This document shows, in pieces, positions 6,823 through 10,100 of a stretch of 10,100 bases of DNA (position 1 is the first letter of the stretch; each line of letters starts with the position of its first letter). The translations under genes and the position numbers were made by a program. A model generated the notes under the pieces. That model did no database searches and was not told the DNA's origin. It saw only the letters and a program-made list of their open reading frames with translations. Source of the stretch: Gemmatimonadota bacterium (GTDB lineage Bacteria; Gemmatimonadota; Gemmatimonadetes; Gemmatimonadales; GWC2-71-9); NCBI GenBank assembly GCA_039591655.1, contig JBDHDE010000076.1:1-10100 (forward strand), given 5' to 3'.

Positions 6823-7880
6823 GAACCCTCGTGCTCGATGCGCAACGGTGCGCCTGTTCGGATGTGGAGGCGCACGTCCCGCAGGCGCTGCACGTTCTCG
6901 GCGAAGACCGAATCGCGGCGCGCCTGCCACTCGTACATCAGCACCTCGTTGGCCGCGATGTTGTCGGGCAGGGCGGCTCCTGGCGGCCGCATGACGAGAC
7001 CGATGATCCCCCCAATCGCGATGGCGCCTCCCACCGCGTACCGGCTGTTGGACGCCTCCTCAGAGCCGCCAACCAGTTGGGGTAGCCCCGCGGCCAAAGC
7101 CCCGAGGGCCAGCCCCAGACCCAGGGACTTGAGCCCCGGGCCGGCCGAACGCCGCTCCGGGAGGAGCAGAGAGTCGGCGGGCGGCGGTGGATAGGTGAGT
7201 GAGTCCTGGCGGGCGAGCTCCACGTCCAGCGGCAGCTGCAGGGTGCGCAGCACCACCCCGTCCGGGGCGAGCGAAGAGACGCTCAGATAGTAGAGACCCG
7301 AGGGAGCCGGGTTGCCCTCGGTGTCGAAGCCATCCCACCGCAGGGAGAGGCTGTCGCCAATGTCCCCCCCGTAGAGCCGCCGCAGCATCGTGCCGTCCTC
7401 TCGCGCGATGAGGGAGCTGATGCTGTGGTACGAGCTGGCGTACAGCTGGACGGCGAACGTCTCCTCCTCGTGCAGCCGGATGGTCGTGTCGGGGGGCGCC
7501 GCGGTGCCGATCACCTTGAGACTCCGCCGCACGCCGTCGTACACGCGCACTACCGGTGGGGGGAAGACCAGCGGGTCCGGCCGGTAGCGGGGGTTGAGCA
7601 AGACCATCTGGCGGAAGGCGGCGATGGCCGAGTCGCTCCGCCCGCGGTAATGCTCGGCCGCGCCCAGGTAGCCCAGGGCGGTGGCCCGCTCGGCCTCCGA
7701 GAGCCCTTCCTCGGGAGAGGCCGCGAGGGCCCGTCTGATGAAGGCAACGGCCGCACCGAGCTCGAGATTGCCGTACGCCTCGATGCCGTACTGGAGTTGC
7801 TCCTGGGCGGATTGGGCAGCGGCGCTCGGGGGCAGGACCGCCGCAACGAGCAGCGCGACCGCCGGGAAAGCCCGCCGCAT
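6819..7880 (-). CDS. Exported protein: signal peptide + TPR-like helices + FlgD-like Ig domain + Gly-rich hydrophobic hairpin, 353 aa (paralog of 3683-4735)
   Basis: The probable start ATG at 7880 lies 1 nt after the kinase stop (TAG-C-ATG). Signal peptide MRRAFPAVALLVAAVLPPSAAA|Q. TPR-like 'ALGYLGAAEHYRGRSDSAIAAFRQ'. Ig-like 'LRWDGFDTEGNPAPSGLYYL'. Hairpin LGLGLALGALAAG ... VGGAIAIGGIIGLV. Confidence 0.82.
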   Translation of the reverse strand: MRRAFPAVALLVAAVLPPSAAAQSAQEQLQYGIEAYGNLELGAAVAFIRRALAASPEEGLSEAERATALGYLGAAEHYRGRSDSAIAAFRQMVLLNPRYRPDPLVFPPPVVRVYDGVRRSLKVIGTAAPPDTTIRLHEEETFAVQLYASSYHSISSLIAREDGTMLRRLYGGDIGDSLSLRWDGFDTEGNPAPSGLYYLSVSSLAPDGVVLRTLQLPLDVELARQDSLTYPPPPADSLLLPERRSAGPGLKSLGLGLALGALAAGLPQLVGGSEEASNSRYAVGGAIAIGGIIGLVMRPPGAALPDNIAANEVLMYEWQARRDSVFAENVQRLRDVRLHIRTGAPLRIEHEGS

Positions 7881-7881
7881 G

Positions 7882-9441
7882 CTACGGCTTGATTTCGATG
7901 AGGACGATTCCGGTGAGGCGCACCGTCTCACCGGGTGAGACGTTGATGATCTGCTCGAAGGGCTCGTAGAGATCCCGGGCAACACGGAGGGTGTGCCGGC
8001 CCGGTGGGATGGCCAGGTTCATGATGGGGGTCTCCTGGAGGATCTCGCCGTCCAGGTAGACATAGGCCCACGGATCCGCCTGGACCCAGAGACTGCCGGG
8101 CGCCTGGGACGCCTGTGTCTGGGGCGTACGCTGTACGGTCTGGGCCGGCGGCGGCGTGGGCTCGGGTTGCCGTACCGGCGTCTCGGCGGGGGTCGCCGGC
8201 TGATTCTGGTCGGTCTCCCCGGCCGGCGCGCTGGGTGCGCTGTCCTGCTGCTGGCCGGCCTCGGTCGGCGGGAGCGATTCGGCCAAGGCCGCGTTCCTGA
8301 GCCGCTGCGCCGCGTTGGCGATCTCGGGCGCCACCGACTCTGGGAAGGGCCACATGACGGCTCCGGCAATCAGGGCGGGCACCGCCACCGCTGCCACGAT
8401 GCGCATGCGGGGCCGCCGCCAGCGCCGGATGCGCCGTGCTGTGACGATCGGCTGCGGCGTCGCCGCCATCATCTGCTGGAGCGAAGCGTTGGGCATCTGG
8501 AGCGACACCCGCCCGCCCAGCGCCTCCACGAACTCGACGATGTCAGGGAACCGGTCGTCGGGCGTCTTGCTCATGCCCCGGAGCACCGTGTTCGAGACCC
8601 GCGGTGGCAGGTCGGGCCGCAGGTCCGCGAGCGCCGGCGGCGGCTCGAGACAGTGCTTCCGGATCATCATCCCCAGCGAGTCGGTCACGAACGGCGTCTC
8701 GCCGGCCAGGCAGCGGTACGCCAGGACGGCCAGGGAATACTGATCGGATCGGGGATCCAGGGCCTGGCCGTAGCACTGCTCCGGCGACATGTAGCTCGGC
8801 GTGCCCAGCGTGGTGCCGGTGTCGGTCAGCGGCAGCGTGCCGAACGCCTTGGCGACCCCGAAGTCGCACACCCACACCCAGCCCTCGCCGTCGACCAGCA
8901 CGTTCTCCGGCTTGATGTCGCGATGGATCACACCGCGGCGGTGCGCGTAGTTGAGGGCGCCCGCCGTCTGGCCGATGATGTCGATGCACACGTCCAAATC
9001 CATGGGGCCCATCTCGCCGAGCATTTCGGCCAATGAGCGCCCCTTGACGTACTTCATCGTGTACCAGAGGAAGCTGGACGTGGTCCCGACACGGTGGATT
9101 GGGACGATGTGGTGATGCTCGAGGGAGGCGGCGATCTTGGCCTCCCGCTTGAAGCGCTCGACCGCCGCACTGCCGAGGACGAGCTGGAGCGGGAGGATCT
9201 TGAGAGCTATCTGGCGGTTGAGATCCCGCTCCCGGGCGAGGTAGACGAGGGACATCCCGCCCCGGCCGAGGAGTCCCTCCATCTGGAAATCCTGGCCGAG
9301 GTGCTTGCGGACGTTCTGCTCGACTTCTTCCGCCGCCGGGAGATCGAGCGTTTCCCGCTCGGAGACTTCCACCCTGCAGGTATCGCAGAGCAGGTCATCG
9401 CCAGCGGTAGTCTCTCCGGTGCGGCAGCGAGTACAGATCAT
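7882..9441 (-). CDS. Hanks-type Ser/Thr protein kinase with N-terminal Cys4 zinc finger, TM helix, long P/Q/T/A linker and C-terminal PEGA domain (kinase #1)
   Basis: CTRC-x12-CDTC at the N-terminus. Kinase motifs GRGGMSLVY, IALK, HRDIKPEN, DFG, GTPSYMSPEQ and SDQYSL. An Arg-rich stretch precedes TM IVAAVAVPALIAGAVMW. PEGA 'GSL.V.ADPWAYVYLDG...ETP.....PPGRHTLRV'. SD-like GAGAGGG upstream. Confidence 0.95.
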   Translation of the reverse strand: MICTRCRTGETTAGDDLLCDTCRVEVSERETLDLPAAEEVEQNVRKHLGQDFQMEGLLGRGGMSLVYLARERDLNRQIALKILPLQLVLGSAAVERFKREAKIAASLEHHHIVPIHRVGTTSSFLWYTMKYVKGRSLAEMLGEMGPMDLDVCIDIIGQTAGALNYAHRRGVIHRDIKPENVLVDGEGWVWVCDFGVAKAFGTLPLTDTGTTLGTPSYMSPEQCYGQALDPRSDQYSLAVLAYRCLAGETPFVTDSLGMMIRKHCLEPPPALADLRPDLPPRVSNTVLRGMSKTPDDRFPDIVEFVEALGGRVSLQMPNASLQQMMAATPQPIVTARRIRRWRRPRMRIVAAVAVPALIAGAVMWPFPESVAPEIANAAQRLRNAALAESLPPTEAGQQQDSAPSAPAGETDQNQPATPAETPVRQPEPTPPPAQTVQRTPQTQASQAPGSLWVQADPWAYVYLDGEILQETPIMNLAIPPGRHTLRVARDLYEPFEQIINVSPGETVRLTGIVLIEIKP

Positions 9442-9462
9442 CGCGCCCTCTCAAACACCCTC

Positions 9463-9490
9463 AAACTAGACCGCAACACCGGGTTGGGAA
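9463..9490 (-). promoter_or_regulatory. Weak sigma70-like promoter candidate for the kinase operon
   Basis: Minus-strand TTCCCA (9490-9485) - N16 - TAGTTT (9468-9463), 21 nt upstream of the kinase ATG, in a locally AT-richer patch. Confidence 0.25.
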
Positions 9491-9496
9491 ACATCA

Positions 9497-9528
9497 CCCC
9501 GACGTCGGCAAAACCGCCAACGACGGGG
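9497..9528 (-). terminator. GC-rich hairpin, possible terminator or attenuator downstream of the Ig/FN3-like gene
   Basis: Minus strand reads CCCCGTCGTTGGC-GGTTTT-GCCGACGTCGGGG (13 positions, one U-U mismatch, one G-U pair). It is followed by only a weak U-tract (TGATGTTT). Confidence 0.3.
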
Positions 9529-9712
9529 GGCCCCGAAAGGCTTCCGAAGATATCCCGGTGGGGAGGTGGGGACAAGGTCCACACTGTAGCGTGCTCCCCA
9601 GGTGAGGCAGTGCGGTGCGTCACCAAGCCCCTGGGCGTCCGGCAAAGGTACCGCCACTTGCGCGACAGTGCCACTTCTCCCCCCAAAGAACCGGCTGAGC
9701 GTGAGGCGGGCG

Positions 9713-10099
9713 TCATGGGACGTCCACGATGAAGTCGACGCCGGAAGTGCCGAACTCCACCCAATTGCTGGTGTTGCCGTCGAGGTCCTTCGCCCGGGCC
9801 CGCCAGTGGTACGAGCCGTCTGCCAGGCCGGTCCACACGACCTCGGCCTCCTGCCCAGTCGAAACGGGCAGGCTCTCTAGGGTGGGTGCTCCGTTGAACG
9901 CAGTACCGAACGGCTTGACCTCTACCTCCAGCACGATCTGGTCCCCTGGATCGGGATCCTCGACGGTCGCCTTGAGTGTCACCCGGTTCTCATCGGTAGT
10001 TGCGCCGGTATCGATCGGTGTGCTGCCGTCGCTCCTGAACTGACCGAGACTCAGCGGCTGGATGGTTGGGTCTTCCGGCACAGCAACGTGGAAGTCCGC
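9713..10099 (-). CDS. C-terminal part of a probable extracellular protein with an Ig/fibronectin-III-like beta-sandwich domain (5' truncated by window)
   Basis: The frame is open to the window edge (ADFHVAVPEDP...). The sequence is acidic and beta-rich, with 'ATVEDPDPGD' and the FN3-like 'TGLADGSYHWRARAKD.DGNTSNW'. Stop TGA at 9713-9715. Confidence 0.75.
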   Translation of the reverse strand, partial: ADFHVAVPEDPTIQPLSLGQFRSDGSTPIDTGATTDENRVTLKATVEDPDPGDQIVLEVEVKPFGTAFNGAPTLESLPVSTGQEAEVVWTGLADGSYHWRARAKDLDGNTSNWVEFGTSGVDFIVDVP

Positions 10100-10100
10100 C

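Noticed and set aside
5614..7194. Long + strand ORF (526 aa) and other antisense or alternate-frame ORFs (2995-3945, 3792-4625, 4904-6112, 7993-9036)
   Set aside because: They are shadow ORFs of high-GC genes with no motifs, and they fully overlap genes with strong family signatures.
3683..7880. Calling the partner proteins flagellar FlgD or assigning pknB to the kinases
   Set aside because: Only the generic FlgD-type Ig motif is present and there is no flagellar context. The kinases have PEGA rather than PASTA domains.
7881..7985. Upstream extension of ORF 6819..7985 (likewise 6823..6930 of the barrel ORF)
   Set aside because: Both overlap the 3' ends of well-supported genes and would bury clear signal peptides that begin at 7880 and 6822.
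9508..9520. TTGGCGGTTTTGC on the minus strand as a sigma54 promoter
   Set aside because: The GG-to-GC spacing is 7 nt rather than the required 10, and the sequence is part of a hairpin.

Overview
High-GC bacterial window. The gene content suggests a diderm, possibly Gemmatimonadota-like; this is inference only. At the left is the 3' end of a + strand 3-hydroxyisobutyrate-dehydrogenase-family gene, followed by a 250-bp convergent spacer with many nested stems. The rest is a tightly packed minus-strand run. In transcription order it contains: (1) the end of a protein with an apparently repeated Ig/FN3-like domain; (2) Zn-ribbon/Hanks kinase/TM/PEGA #1; (3) exported TPR + FlgD-like Ig + hydrophobic-hairpin protein #1; (4) a putative outer-membrane beta-barrel; (5) kinase #2; (6) TPR/Ig/hairpin protein #2; (7) a PflX-type radical SAM protein; (8) a TPM-domain protein; (9) a degenerate nucleotidyltransferase-fold protein; (10) LemA. 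The best novelty candidate is the duplicated kinase + exported-partner module flanking a barrel gene, a possible trans-envelope Ser/Thr signalling system. Second is the structured element at 293-540. All family calls come from motif recognition by eye; no searches were run.
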